Source: Antedon mediterranea (taxonomy: Eukaryota; Animalia; Echinodermata). Taken from it: 64,000 nucleotides of DNA. Where the stretch lies: assembly GCF_964355755.1 (NCBI RefSeq), contig NC_092677.1, positions 23,423,175-23,487,174 on the forward strand, given 5' to 3'. Positions 33,518 to 48,200 of this stretch are shown piece by piece. The position numbers were made by a program, and so were the translations under genes. The stretch's first letter is position 1, and each line of letters begins with the position of its first letter. The notes under the pieces were generated by a model, which ran no database searches, had not been told where the DNA came from, and worked only from the letters and a program-made list of their open reading frames with translations.

Positions 33518-36500
33518 TTACTTTATATACTAATTGTTGGTTTGAAAAAAAGAACATTTCTACAAGAAAAAGAAGAGTCTTAAAGGTAGAGTGTTATCTA
33601 CACGGTGCAACCGAACTAGGGCGTGGTTAACCGTTAGACAGCTATTACGCCTTGCATTTAGTTAATTGCGCAAGCAGAGGCTAAATTATCGATTAGATTA
33701 CCGAACGGTACACCTTAATGCATCAGTGAATTTAATGCCGACCAATGAACACACAAACACGATCTATGATAACAAACGGTGCATCTTAAAGATGAGTAAT
33801 TTTGACATTAAACAATGAATAGGTGACGGCGAAAAGTGTTGACGAAACAGTTTAAAAGTCACACATTACCGTACATTTGTTAGGTAAGCAAATCTAATGC
33901 CGGGAGTCTGACCGTGATGATCAAAATATAATTCTTTATGGATCTTCACAATGCTGATAAGTTAATGTAAAATGGCAACAGTTTAACTTACAATGTAACA
34001 ATATGGTGTACGTACCAAAATATAATGTAAAAAGAATCATATTGCGTTTACAGGTCGAGTTTACTTTACAACTACCAATGAGAGGCAGTGTGAAGATACC
34101 TGATGCCAAGTGGCGTACATAGTCTTGGTATCTTAGACATAATACTGTAAAGCCTTTGTTCAACCATGGATTTAATACCTGGACTGGAACAGTGATCCTT
34201 TGCCTACAGGTAAGCTGGGGTATTATTCTTCACATAGTTGATGGCTATATACACCTTATCTTTATTAAAATAAATAAACAGTCTGTAAACTCTCATTTTA
34301 TCAGTTTTAAATAGAATTAAATCAGATATTGTACAGCAGTTGAATACAGGTATGGTAAAAATCTAATGATTCACAGTTTGAATGGGTACTCAGGTACCCA
34401 GTCATTTTCTGTTTGTAAAAATAATTTTGTAGGCTTTTGGATGATTTAATTGTAATTCAACGGTAAAAAATAATAATTAATACTTGAAATATTTTTAAAA
34501 GTACCTTTAAATGTAATGGGGAAATAATAGGCTTAATTCATGTTATTCAGTTTCATCACGTTTAAAAAACATGTATATGACGCACATTGTTTCCAAAATC
34601 AATTATAAAACCACTATCTTTGATGTCATCCGTATTGTTATTTTAAGTTCTTGGTACTGTATCTATATTTTGTCAGTATCATAGGAATATTCAGGAATAC
34701 AGCATCACATGTGTTGCCTAGTACCATAGACCATAACGTAACACTTAACCTAACCTTACACAATACAAGCAACACATGTGATACAAATGAGATTCTGTAT
34801 TTACTAAATATTCCAATAGAGGGCAAATCTTAGCGTGTGGAGATACAGCACTGACAATTGTGTACATTAGTTTTGTTTTTACTGTAAACAATATTTATTT
34901 GTAGCAATATCAAAGTAAATTCTATTGGATGACATTTTGATTGCTTGCATATTTTGTATCATCCCTATGATAGTAATTGTAAAGCAATTACAGGTAGTAA
35001 CACTCTCTCAAGGTGGAATGTTAATGGTCAGATTGAGAACAAGGTGTCAATTTTTGTCTCCTCTTCTTATTTTACATCTAAATAAGATCATACAGTAGAA
35101 CTCTATTAAAAAGACACTATTGGGACCCAACAAAGTTTCCCTGTAATATGGGTGGCCCCATGAATGGGGGTTGTCTCCACCCGTTTCACATCACATAGCA
35201 GAATTTACAGACACCAAGGCATAGGGTTTCACCATGGCTAGTATGGTGCGCGCTTGGAGATCACCATAACGACCATGGTATACGCTCCGATCTGTAAACT
35301 CCAGAGATTTGCTAGCCGATGTGAAAGAGGTATTATATGTTTGTGTAAATATGTAAATTATTTAGTAGATTACAGTCAATAAAAACAATTTTAATGACAA
35401 AATATATGATGCCTTTAAAATTAATATACAATTCTAATTGAAATATGAGTTGTTTGAACTCCACTTAGATAAATTTAATAAGTGGAAAAATAATTCTTAT
35501 TGCTACAATACTATACATCTTACTACATAAAAAGGAATGTTCAACTATCAGGAATTAACTAATGTACAGTAATAATAAGTTACCGTGGCACACATTTTTA
35601 CAAATCTACCATAGTAAAAACTGTTGATTAATTATCAGAATATATATTTACTACTGTATTTGCTAGCTAAAGAAAACCTACTATACAAGAAATCATGAAA
35701 ACATTGTTAAGAGATTTGTAACTTTTTGGTTGGCAGGTGTTTCATCTACTGTAACTCTCTCTCCATTTTTTCTGTTTTTAGCACAATCCAGAGCATAGTG
35801 GGTAACAAAAAGTTAGCTTTACAATTGTCCTTGCTCTAATTAACAAATAAAATAAACATCTAATAAATAATGCTGCCAAGAGTTGACAAGTTGCTTGTTG
35901 TTTTGATATTTGTTTTGGTGTCATGACAAAATGTACACAAATATATTCATATAATTGATCACTATAGTATTATTATCACAGTATTATAGAGTAAAGACAG
36001 TTCAGTACTAATAAAACAAACATTCTTTTGAAGAAAATTGCCTTCAAAGTAATATGCCAAACAGCACTTGAACATAGGGCCTGTTCACACCAAAGAAGTT
36101 TAATGCTTTCGTATCATACGTGATGTACAACTCCATAGGACTGAACCACCTCTTACGACACTGATCTTTGTTACGGTACAAAATTAGTGTATGACGTTTA
36201 TGATCTGAATGTCGTGCATCAACGATTTTGACATCCAACATATCAATCAAAGCTATTCCTGCATACTATATGTTCGCCCCAATGTGTGGAACTTCAGAAT
36301 GCGCTACTTGCTGTTACGACGCTATGACCGTGATACAAACACATTTCTCCATGGATTTGAACATATAGCCAGACATAAAACTTTTCATATACTGCAATTT
36401 ATGTAAAAAGAATGACAATACAATAGTAAATGGAACTTATTTTATCAGAACAACAAGCATACATAAATAAAGTTTAGAAATAATACCATCTCTCTAAAAG

Positions 36501-36715
36501 TAACCTTATATCAATAATCTGAACTTATTTATGTGATTGGAGCACCATGCAATTCTTTTCTAAATGAATAAGTCACATGTTTAAATTCATTTCTGCGACA
36601 GATATTACATCAGGTTATAAATCAATTAATTTTCTATATCACATTCATCATTTTCACATTTTGTTTTTCCATGATCAGTATCAACGTCATACAAAATTTT
36701 GGGTTTTCCCCGATG

Positions 36716-37084
36716 CTATAACTTGTATTTATTCTCTTTACCAGACGCTATTTCTTGCGATTCGCGAACGCTTGTTTTACTCCCTAACCCGTCTAACTCC
36801 TGTTGCGGTATTCGCCGTTTGCCGGAACGGCCGGATATCCGTGAACGTGTGGATTTATTTGACTGAGTTGAGTGTGTAGATTTAGTGCTTCTGCTGCGTG
36901 TTGATGTGCGTTTTAGCCAGTTCTGACTGATTGATCGATGCAAGTTCTTCAGACTAGATTGTCCAGCATTTGTTACAATCCATGGATGTTTTAATGCTTG
37001 AGCGCATGTCAGTCGTTCAGCTGGATTTGTACGTAGTAATTTATCGATGAAATCCTTAGCGGCAGCAGACACATCTTTCCATGG
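36716..37084 (-). CDS. PSKH1: Last coding exon of Ser/Thr protein kinase H1-like (CaMK group)
   Basis: ttgcag|CCATGG...TAG; PWKDVSAAAKDFIDKLL...ALKHPW...SSLKNLHRSISQNWLKR...STKS resembles the recalled PSKH1 C-terminus. No upstream exons were seen in the window. Confidence 0.88.
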   Translation of the reverse strand, partial: PWKDVSAAAKDFIDKLLRTNPAERLTCAQALKHPWIVTNAGQSSLKNLHRSISQNWLKRTSTRSRSTKSTHSTQSNKSTRSRISGRSGKRRIPQQELDGLGSKTSVRESQEIASGKENKYKL

Positions 37085-37360
37085 CTGCAAGAAATCAATT
37101 GATATTATTTATTAATAATCTAGTATCGGATCAAGGACATACTGAGGCTCCATCACAGTAAACATTAGTTAACAATGTAACAACATTTGAAAACCTGCAA
37201 AAAACACATTAACACTTTGACTGCCAAACACGAAGATTTCCACGTTTGGAAACACAATTCTTGGCTGCCAAACACGAAGATCTCCACGTTTGCAAACACA
37301 ATGCCTGACTACCAAACACAGAGATATTCTGGTATTTACGCTAATTGTATTACCAGTATT

Positions 37361-37463
37361 TTTAGTTGCGTACACACGTGACTTTATAGCTCACTAAGTC
37401 GGTCGGTCAGTAAACACTAACTCAAATTTGCGCACGCAACTGCAGCCGTGTATATGGCCTTGT
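37361..37463 (+). mobile_element. Mini HINE/DINE-1-like element (~100 bp)
   Basis: TTT + subTIR AGTTGCGT, (GTCG)n microsatellite, 3' subTIR ACGCAACT, hairpin GCCGTGTATATGGC, end CTTG-T. Confidence 0.65.
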
Positions 37464-40400
37464 TCACTAAGTGACCAGTATCAGGGGCGTGTGTAGGATT
37501 TATTTTTACACGCACCTGAGTATCACTCAATGAACCTGTTTGGCATTGATATATTATATTCATTTACCATTGGCCGAGTCCCGCAACGATTTCAACCAAC
37601 ATTAGGCCTGGTGTCTTATCATGTGGATTTTGGCGGAAACCATGACATGAAATTAATGATTTATAAAATGTAGTCAATGTTTAGATAATGATTTGTTTAT
37701 TAATGTAATGTTTACTCTGTTTGATATTTTGATAATTATGATGTCCTACACAAATTTGTGAATATCTTGACTCTGTCGTGCAAATCTTTGAAGTAAAACT
37801 CAAAAAGTGAGTTCATTTTATTGTTATGATTCACATATATTGTGATTTTAATAAGTATCTTGGTAACACTGTTAAGCTGAAATGTTTATTGTTCTTTTAG
37901 TCTTTATTACATATCAATCTGATCCCATACATACTTTCAACCAGCTTGGTAAAAATATTGAAATTGGCTAAAAATGTCAGCAGTGACCGGTAGAAACCCA
38001 TGGCAGTCAAAGTGTTAAACATATATCTGTCAACAATGACAAACAAACATAATATTATTACCACATATATATTTGAGTGTTTAAGCATGATTAGGCTGCT
38101 TATTGAAATATAAAAATTAATAAAATAATCAATTGTTTAACTTCAACAACAAGTTATTTAATATCAGAATTGATATAAACACAATACAGTATATCATTCA
38201 AAAAAGGGATATTAGCAATTTCTAAAACTTCTGAATATTGTTTTATTCATATTAAACAGTATTTAATTTGGTTATCAATTTTGAAGAAAATAAAAATACA
38301 TAAAATGACTTTTTTTATCTATCGTGTATTAATTATTAACGTTTAAGTCAATAGTTATTTCACTAGACATAAGACATCAGAAAACGTCAATATCTTCAAA
38401 ATACTTCTCAAAACAAATTGTACACAGAGGCATATTTACTGTTTAACTTTGACTAGCGCCTTTCAATATTACATATGGATACCAGTGCTATGCTGATTGA
38501 TGAAAAAGCAAGCAACAGTGAAGAGAGTTGATGGACTACACTATAAGATTATCATTTCAGTTCTAATATTTAATATTATTAGATAAAAAAAAAATAATTA
38601 CAATATATTGATTGATCCACATAAAGCGTAAAAAAAAATTTTTTTTTTTATTCAAGTATAGTTGCACATTTGCTGAGCAGGGACGACTTTAATTTTCAGT
38701 TTTAATAAGTCCTATTCCCTACGTTTTTTAGATCTAATTTAAGGTAACCAACTACATTAAATGTAAAAATAAATACTATAATATGGTCCTATTGCGATAA
38801 AAGTTTTCGTCTTTGAATGGTTAAAAATGTGAAAAATAAGTCGATTTTAATAATTTTAGCGCTATAAATACCAACATGCATTGAGCGCAAATTGATATTT
38901 TAGTTTTTCATCTGTGATTTACCTAATTTCGATCGATTGTGAAGGCCAACATAAATTGAAGAATCGTAATTTTTCAGCGAAAATACCAGGTTTCCCCCAA
39001 TCTGTATTAAGGATTCTGGCAAAAACAGAAAGATAATTAATGCAGCAACTAGACGTCAAGCTAGGCCTATAGCTAGCGTACGATGTGCGTACGTTACTAG
39101 GTAGCTAAGCCTACAAAACTATAAGCCTTGCTAGGCTAGGCCTAAAGACCATACATGAGAGGACATTCACCGCGAGCTACTTAGGTAGTGCATTGTTTCT
39201 CTCTTTTTATAATAAATTACCATAAAACGTACATCTAAGACAAGGAATGACCTGGTTTAATGTTTTTAAAGTAATATATATGCATTATTTGTACAAAACA
39301 TCAACAATTGTAGGGAATGGGTCTTCAAAAAATTTAATCAAATGACGTCATTCTCAATAAGCAACAATTCATACGATACTATTTATTGTCCTTATTGATT
39401 ACAACATCATTAATCTATAATAGGTCTAGGTTGAAAACTTATCTAATTTTTTTTGGTTTTTTTAGGAGGAAAAATATATATTTATATAATATTTATCATC
39501 ATTCACCGTCCAAGTATAAACAGATCTTAACCTTAATGTTGAAAGAAATTTCGTAGCCAGTGTGCAACCTGTTACCATCATACAGCTGTAGGCTCCAGCC
39601 ACTCTAATGGCAAGATAGGTATATTACACCAAACAGGCTGTTACCAAACACTAACAATAGACTTCACAAACCACTCATTGCGTATGTTTCAGCCAATATA
39701 CAACTTGAATCAAAATACATTTTACGCCTAAAATTAATGTCTCAAGTTGTAAATTATAAGATTTTTAATATAGATGCCAATATTGAAAAAAATAATTGTT
39801 GGCAAAAAATATACAGGTACATTCTTTGATATCAGAAATGGGATGCACAAACAATTTGTTATAGACGCATTTTTCTCAGCTAGATAAATTTGATAAAAAG
39901 TGATTTTCCTTCAGCAAGTAGAAAAAAAAATGTAATGCGTGCCATATAATTTTTATATGTGTTTTTTAAAAAGCAAAACGACATAATTATGAATTCTGAG
40001 CATACTCAAAAAAGGTATTTACTATAACCAATACTAATGGTTGACTATTAAACTGAGTGTATATATACTAGGACATGATGAAATAGATAGCTATTGACCT
40101 AAATATTTTGCCTTTAATGTTTTGATAGATGTTGGCTTTCTCACTATCTTTTAGTAAAGGTTCTCACCATTCAACAACTGTAATACCATGCTGAGGCTTA
40201 GGGTTAAATGTAACATCCCCAGCAATCTTATTAGAAAAATAACATCACAAAAATAATGCATTAGTTTGTCCGCAGGCTGAGGTGATTTCAGATTTCTGAC
40301 TCAAAATGTTATTTTGTTTGTGGAATTTAATCATTGTACATGAAATGGGCCTACTGCAATTACTGTTACAGAAGCATGTTCCTTTTGTGAGGATAGAAAG

Positions 40401-40519
40401 TCAATCCAGCATCTATTCATCCATTAATAAGTGACCCCCAATTTAAAATTACAGGAACCTGAATACAATAGCGAATTCCCAATAAAAATGAATTAAGTCA
40501 AATTATGAATAAACAGGAG

Positions 40520-40700
40520 TTTGGCAGCCGAGTGGTTAGGATACTCGACTGTCATACAGAGAGACCCGGGTTCAATTCCCGACAACTCCCAGTTCACTCA
40601 GCTGTAAAATGAGTATCTGGTTGAAAATGCTAGGGAGAAAAAGGCGGCGTGGCACCCTACCACATAATGCCGAGGCTTAGTACAATGAGCTGTATGGAGC
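40520..40700 (+). mobile_element. tRNA(Asp)-derived SINE
   Basis: agtggttaggatactcgactgtcatacagagagacccgggttcaattcccgac resembles tRNA-Asp with A/B boxes, followed by a cactcagctgtaaaatgagta SINE core-like segment. Confidence 0.65.
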
Positions 40701-42203
40701 TCTGATAGATAAGAAAAAGCAATTATTCATAAAGAGAAAAGGTTGTAATGTAGGATTATGTACTGCAGGAAGCTGAATTATAGTAAGGTTATCTAAAGTA
40801 GCACAAATGCTCCAAATACTTGGTCAACACCAAAATTAAGTAGATGAACTGAAATAGCATGCGTACAAGACCCTGCACATGTTCCTAGTGCGCCACATAA
40901 TATGAAAAAAAGGCATTTATTAGAGAACAAAGGCAAACACAGCGTGAAGCAAACCCACAGTATGAAGTTGAATTTGCCTGCTGATGCCTCGACAGACATT
41001 CTCCATCAATTCAATAAGAATTTATCTCCACTGGTGGGCATACCACGTCCAATTTTCTCGCAACTGATTACAAATGCGAGGCGGTGTAAAGGCACAGATG
41101 CCATAATCATGGTACAACAGCATTCTGGAAGAGATTACAGCCCAGTCTCTGTCCAAACAGCTCCTGCTAGGCCGGGCTGGGCACAGAAAGAGGTCAAGCT
41201 CTACTGACCTCTTTCTTGTCTGGATGGGAAATGTTTAAAAACAAAATGTACATTACACTCCCAGAAGCATGGTATTATCAGTGTGAAGAACAGCGGCACG
41301 AGCAAAATTAAATTATGCTAGCCACCTCATTAAAATTCTTACAAAATATTACTAAGGTTTAATTTAATAAAAGTTCTTTTGGAATGTTAGGCTTTTGTTT
41401 CAAATCTTTTGAGTAATTTACCTCCTGGTTCTTTACCTCATTTTCACATCTTGTTGCTTCACAATGAACATAATGGTGGAACTTATTGAGGTTATGAACT
41501 TTAGAACGTAGCACATCGAAAATTGTTTATTGAGGTTACAAACCCAACAATATAGCCTATGTTCTATCTATAAAGTTCTAGCTATGAAGTTGAAGTTTTC
41601 CTCGTACAGGAAAAGTTGCAGTATTTTATTATTGTAGTACATCGCAAAAGAGTTCCAATTCCAATATTCCTTTATTTATAGTCTTTTCGAACAATAAGAA
41701 CATCAAACATAGCATAACTAAACATATTTACTTCATACCACAGTATTTACTTGACAAATTACAACTGAATTTAATTGCAAATATAATTTACCGAATCTAT
41801 ATATCTGTATTGAGTGAATATATCTAATATGAAGTCAAATTTGACAACATGACATGCTTGCATCTAAAAATGAAAATTAATATCAGTACCATGTACAGTA
41901 CCACTGTATGACTTTATCATAAATTTCAATAAAATATGTATTACAGTAGGTAAATAGATGTCCTTAGTGACCTGAGGTGATATAAAATTGAGAATGCACA
42001 CAAACTGCATTTTTGAATTTTTGCTTTTTGGTGAATAATTGGGATTCGACATGATTATTAGATCATGTTCCGAATATGAGTACTGTTTCAATAATATGAC
42101 AGTATTATTTATATATACATGGAGCTACAGTAAATCGTTAACTTAACATCAGATTTGTATTCTTGGTGCAGTATATACATATGAATAAATAATTTTAATA
42201 TTA

Positions 42204-45200
42204 ACTAGACATGTAACTCGTCACTTTGACGAGTTTGGTTATCCGCCGCGCAAGTGGTGCAACATAAACATTAAGAGGATAGGTTGAGGACAAAAGGAAG
42301 TGTTCACGTTGGCATTATGACCTGAACTGAAGAATATGATATGTTGTTATTGCTGAATTTTATTATTTAAATTCATATATAGTATACACAGTATCTGTAT
42401 CCATATCACATACAGTGTAGAATAGGTGAAATTACGGGACCCGCTATTTATTGCAATTTTTAACATGTTGACGGTTTTAAAATGAAACGCGAAGGTAGCA
42501 ATTCCGAAAGGAAATTATCTCAGCAACAACGTATTAACGTGTAGAAGAAATTTGAATACGTGAAATATTGATGCGCGCTCTTTTAAATGTAATGAATTAT
42601 GACGCAAAAGATGAAAATACGACCTTTTTTATTTAACTGGCCATATGATGACGTCACAACATCCGATTGGCAACATTTTTACATAATTTCGTATCTACAA
42701 TCCAATAGCTTCCAGAAAAAGTTTTAATCGTGATTATCACATTTTATTCTTACGAGCTATAACAGATTAAAATTTACTGTAAAGATGAAATTGATGCCAC
42801 ACGTGATTTAAATTTTTAGGCATGACGACGTCAAAAAAATAAAAATATTTTTAACTCATGCGAAAGATAGTTGATTGACCTAGACAATATCAAAATCGGG
42901 GTGAAAATGGAAAACGGATAAGTGGAGATGCGCTCTATTCAATGTGATGAGCTATGACGAAAGATACAAAAATCCTAAATTTTATATTCGCGTGGCCATA
43001 CGATGACGTCACAATGTCCGGTTAGCCATATTAATACCTGATCCGACATCTACAACTCATCTACTTCCAGAATATGTCATCCACAAAAAGTTGACCGTCT
43101 AGTTTAGAAATTACGACTGTTTAAAAAAAGGCATATTTTAAACGAATTGTTTAACCTTTTCATAAAAAACGCGCGCAAATTGTCCAATTCGACGTGCTCG
43201 TATGACGTATCTTTAAGTCGAAATTGTTTAAAATTTGGTAAAATTACTAGAAAAGGCTGGAAAAACATAAATTACGCGAAAAAAATACGTTTTCAATGCT
43301 ACGTGCGCACCGCACACGTAAAAATGTGCGCACGCGTGGGAATTTTTGACATGCTTAAAACGACATGAAACGCGTAGAAAGTTGATTATAAATTAATTTT
43401 GCGCAATTTGAAATTTTAAATGCGCGTGCGCGCGTAACTTTGTGTAAAACACGCAATTTTTTTTCAACAGAAAGTTAGCGCATGATATAAATTAAACTTT
43501 TGCAAAGTTTCACTTTAAAATGTTATTTGGTTTTCGACATATGTTAAATACGAGAAAATCGTTAAATCGCGCGTACGTCACGTTGCGCAATTGTAAACGT
43601 CATGAAAAGCTTCGCATGACGACGTTACGTAAATGTCAAAATGTTAACATAGTTAACGAAATGTTATGTTTGCGAGTTTCAGAGAAAAGCGTTACACAAA
43701 AATCATACAGAAAGAAAGAAGAACTAGACATGAAACTCGTCACTTTGACGAGTTAGTTATCCGCACGACAAACGCCACGTGCACGTCATACGTTGGAATA
43801 TTGCACACGGAAAAAGATTATGGCATTGTGACCTGAACTGAAGAATATGATATGTTTTTAGTGCTGAATTCTGTTATTTTGTGTCATATAGTATACACAG
43901 TATAATCTGTATACATATCACATACAGTGTAGAATAGGTGAAATTACGGGACCCGCTATTTATTCAAATTTTTAACATATTGACGGTTTCAAAATGAAAC
44001 GCGAATGTAGCAATTTCGGAAGGAAATTATCTCAGCAACAACATATTAACGTGTGGAAGAAATTTGAACACGTGAAATATTGATGCACGTTCTTTTAAAT
44101 GTAATGAACTATGACGCAAAAGATGAAAATACGACTTTTTTTATTTAACTGGCCATATGATGACGTCACAACATCCGATTGGCAAAATGTTTACATGATT
44201 TCGTATCTACAATCCAATAGCTTCCAGAAAACATTTTAATCGTGATTATCCCATTTTGTTCTTACGAGCGATAACAGATTAAAATTTACTGTAAAGATGA
44301 AATTAATGACCCAAGTAATTAACATTTTTAGGCATGATGACGTTACAAATATTAAAATATTTTTAGCTCATGCGAAAGGTAGTTGATTGACCTAGACAAT
44401 ATTAAAATCTCGGAGAAAATGGAATACGGATAAGCGTGATGCGCTCCATTGAATGTGATGAGCAATAACGAAAGAGACAAAAATCCTATATTTTATATTT
44501 GTGTGGCCATACGATGACGTCAAAATGTCCTGTTAGCCATATTAATGTATGATTTGATATCTACAACTCATCAACTTCCAGAATATGTAATAAAAATAAC
44601 TTTCACCGTTTAGTTTAGAAACTACAACTGTTTAAAAAAAGGCATAATTTTGACGATTTTTTTAGCTTTTTGATCAAAAACGCGCGTAAATTTTCCAATT
44701 CGACGTGCTCGTATGACGTAATTTAAAGTCACAAATGGTTTTAAAATGGTAAAATTACTCTAGAAGGCTGGAAAAACATAATTCATGAGAAAAAAAGATG
44801 TTTTTCACGGTACGTGGCCACCGCGCGCGTAAAAAAATGCGTGCACGTGGGAATTTTTGACATGCGCGAAATGTCATGAGTCGTGTAAAAAGTTGATTAA
44901 AAATTAATTTTACGCATTTTGAAACTTTAAATGCGCGTGCGCGCGTAACTTCTTGTAAAACATGCCATTTTTAATCAATAAAAAGTTTGCACTTGATATG
45001 ACTTAAATTTTCACAAAGTGTCAAAACTAAATTATGCTTGGTTTTTAGTCTATGAGCAATCATAAAAAATCATGAAATCGCGCGTAAGTCACGTTGCGCA
45101 ACTCTGACGTCATTAAAAAATAGGAGGTGCACAACTTCACGTAAATGCCCATATGTTGACAAAGTTATGAAATGTTATGTTTACCCATTTTAGAGATACG

Positions 45201-48200
45201 CTCTGCACAAAAAGTGAGGGAGAAAGACAGAAGAATAATATAAAATTGAAACAGGACGATTACAAGGAGTTATCCGCTACTAAGCGGATAACTAACTAGA
45301 CATGTAACTCGTCACTTTGACGAGTTTGGTTATCCGCCGCGCAAGTGGTGCAACATTAACATTAAGGGGATAGGTTGAGGACAAAAGGAAGTGTTCACGT
45401 TGGCATTATGACCTGAACTGAAGAATATGATATGTTGCTGAATTTTATTATTTAAATTCATATATAGTATACACAGTATAATCTGTATCCATATCACATA
45501 CAGTGACATACATAGAATAGGTGAAATTACGGGACCCGCTATTTATTGCAATTTTTAACGTGTTGACGGTTTTAAAATGAAACGCGAAGTTAGCAATTCC
45601 GAAAGGAAATTATCTCAGCAACAACGTATTAGCATGTAGAAGAAATTTGAATACGTGAAATATTGATGCGCGCTCGTTTAAATGTAATGAATTATGACGC
45701 AAAAGATGAAAATACGACCTTTTTTATATAACTGGCCATATGATGACGTCACAACATCCGATTGGCAACATTTTTACATAATTTCGTATCTACAATCCAA
45801 TAGCTTCCAGAAAAAGTTTTAATCGTGATTATCACATTTTATTCTTACGAGCTATAACAGATTAAAATTTACTGTAAAGATGAAATTGATGCCACACGTG
45901 ATATAAATTTTTAGGCATGATGACGTCAAAAAAATTAAAATATTTTTAACTCATGCGAAAGATAGTTGATTGACCTAGACAATATCAAAATCGGGGTGAA
46001 AATGGAAAACGGATAAGTGGAGATGCGCTCTATTCAATGTGATGAGCTATGACGAAAGATACAAAAATCCTAAATTTTATATTCGCGTGGCCATACGATG
46101 ACGTCACAATGTCCGGTTAGCCATATTAATACCTGATCCGACATCTACAACTCATCTACTTCCAGAATATGTCATCCACAAAAAGTTGACCGTCTAGTTT
46201 AGAAATTACCACTGTTTAAAAAAAGGCATATTTTAAACAAATTTTTTAACCTTTTCATAAAAAACGCGCGTAAATTTTCCAATTCGACGTGCTCGTATGA
46301 CGTATCTTTAAGTCGAAATTGTTTAAAATTTGGTAAAATTACTAGAAAAGGCTGGAAAAACATAAATCACGCGAAAAAAATACGTTTTCAATGCTACGTG
46401 CGCACCGCACACGTAAAAATGTGCGCACGCGTGGGAATTTTTGACATGCTTAAAACGACATGAAACGCGTAGAAAGTTGATTATAAATTAATTTTGCGCA
46501 TTTTGAAATTTTAAATGCGCGTGCGCGCGTAACTTTGTGTAAAACACGCAATTTTTTTTCAACAGAAAGTTAGCGCATGATATAAATTAAACTTTTGCAA
46601 AGTTTCACTTTAAAATGTTATTTGGTTTTCGACATATGTTAAATACGAGAAAATCGTTAAATCGCGCGTACGTCACGTTGCGCAATTGTAAACATCATGA
46701 AAAGCTTCGCTTGACGACGTTACATAAATGTCAAAATGTTAACATAGTTCACAAAATGTTATGTTTGCAAGTTTTAGAGAAAAGCGTGCCACAAAAATCA
46801 TACAGAAAGAAAGAAGAGAAACTAGACATGTAACTCGTCACTTTGACGAGTTAGTTATCCGCACGACAAAGGCCACGTGCACGTCATACGTTAGAATATT
46901 GCACACAGAAAAAGATTATGGTAATATGACCTGAACTGAAGAATATGATATGTTGTTATTGCTGAATTCTGTTATTTTGTGTCATATAGTATATACATAA
47001 TCTGTATACATATTACATACAGTGTAGAATAGGTGAAATTACGGGACCCCCCGTTTATTCCTATTTTTAACATGGCGACGGTATCAAAATGAAAAACTAA
47101 GACAGCAATTTGGGAAGGAAATTATCTCAGTAACAACATATTAACGTGCTGAAGAAATTTGAATACGTGAAATATTGATGCACGCTCTTTTAAATGTAAT
47201 GAATTATGACGCAAAAGATGAAAATACGACTTTTTTTATTTAACTGGTCATATGATGACGTCACAACATCCGATTGGCAAAATGTTTACATAAATTCGTA
47301 TCTACAATCCAATAGCTTCCAGAAAACGTTTTAATCATGATTATCACGTTTTATTCTGACGAGCTATAACAGATTGAAATTTACTGTAAAGACGAAAATA
47401 AGTGACCCACGTTATTTACATTTTTAGACATGATGACGTCATAAAAATTAAAATATTTTTAACTCATGCGAAAGATAGTTGATTGACCTAGATAATATAA
47501 AAATTGGGGTAAAAATGGAAAACAGATAATTGGAGATGCGCTCTATTAAATGTCATGCGCTATGATGAAAGATACAAAAATCCTATATTTTATATTCGCG
47601 TGGCCATACGATGACGTCACAATGTCCGGTTAGCCATATTATTACATGATCCGATATCTACACCTCATCAACTTCAAGAATATGTCATCCACAAAAAGTT
47701 GACCGTCCAGTTTAGAAATTACGACTGTTTAAAAAAAGGCATAATTTTGACAAATTTTAACGAATGTTTTACCTTTTTCATCAAAAACCCACGTAAATTA
47801 TCCAATTCGACGTGCCCGTATGACGTAATTTTAAGTCTAAATCGTTTAAAAGTTGGTAAAATTACTACAAAAGGCTGGAAAAACATAAATCACGTGAAAA
47901 AAATTGTTTTCAACGCTACGTGCGCACGGCGCGCGTAAAAAAATGCGCACGCGTGGGAATTTTTTACCTGCTCAAAATGACATGAAACGCGTAGAAAGTG
48001 GATTAGAAATTGATTTTTCGCGTTTTGAAATTTTAAACGCGCGTGCGCGCGTAACTTCGTGTAAAACATGCCATTTTTTTTACAAAGTCAGTTAGCGCAA
48101 GATATAACTAAAACTTTTGTTAAGTTTCAATTTAAATTGTTATATGGTTTTCGATGTATGTTAAATACGCGAAATTCGTTAAAACGCGCGTAAGTCATGT

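Noticed and set aside
29570-36715. ~7-kb PSKH1 3' UTR ending near 29580
   Set aside because: AATAAA signals are too common in this AT-rich DNA to place the end without transcript data.
40520-40590. Functional tRNA-Asp gene
   Set aside because: Acceptor and anticodon stems do not pair properly, and the sequence continues into a SINE body.
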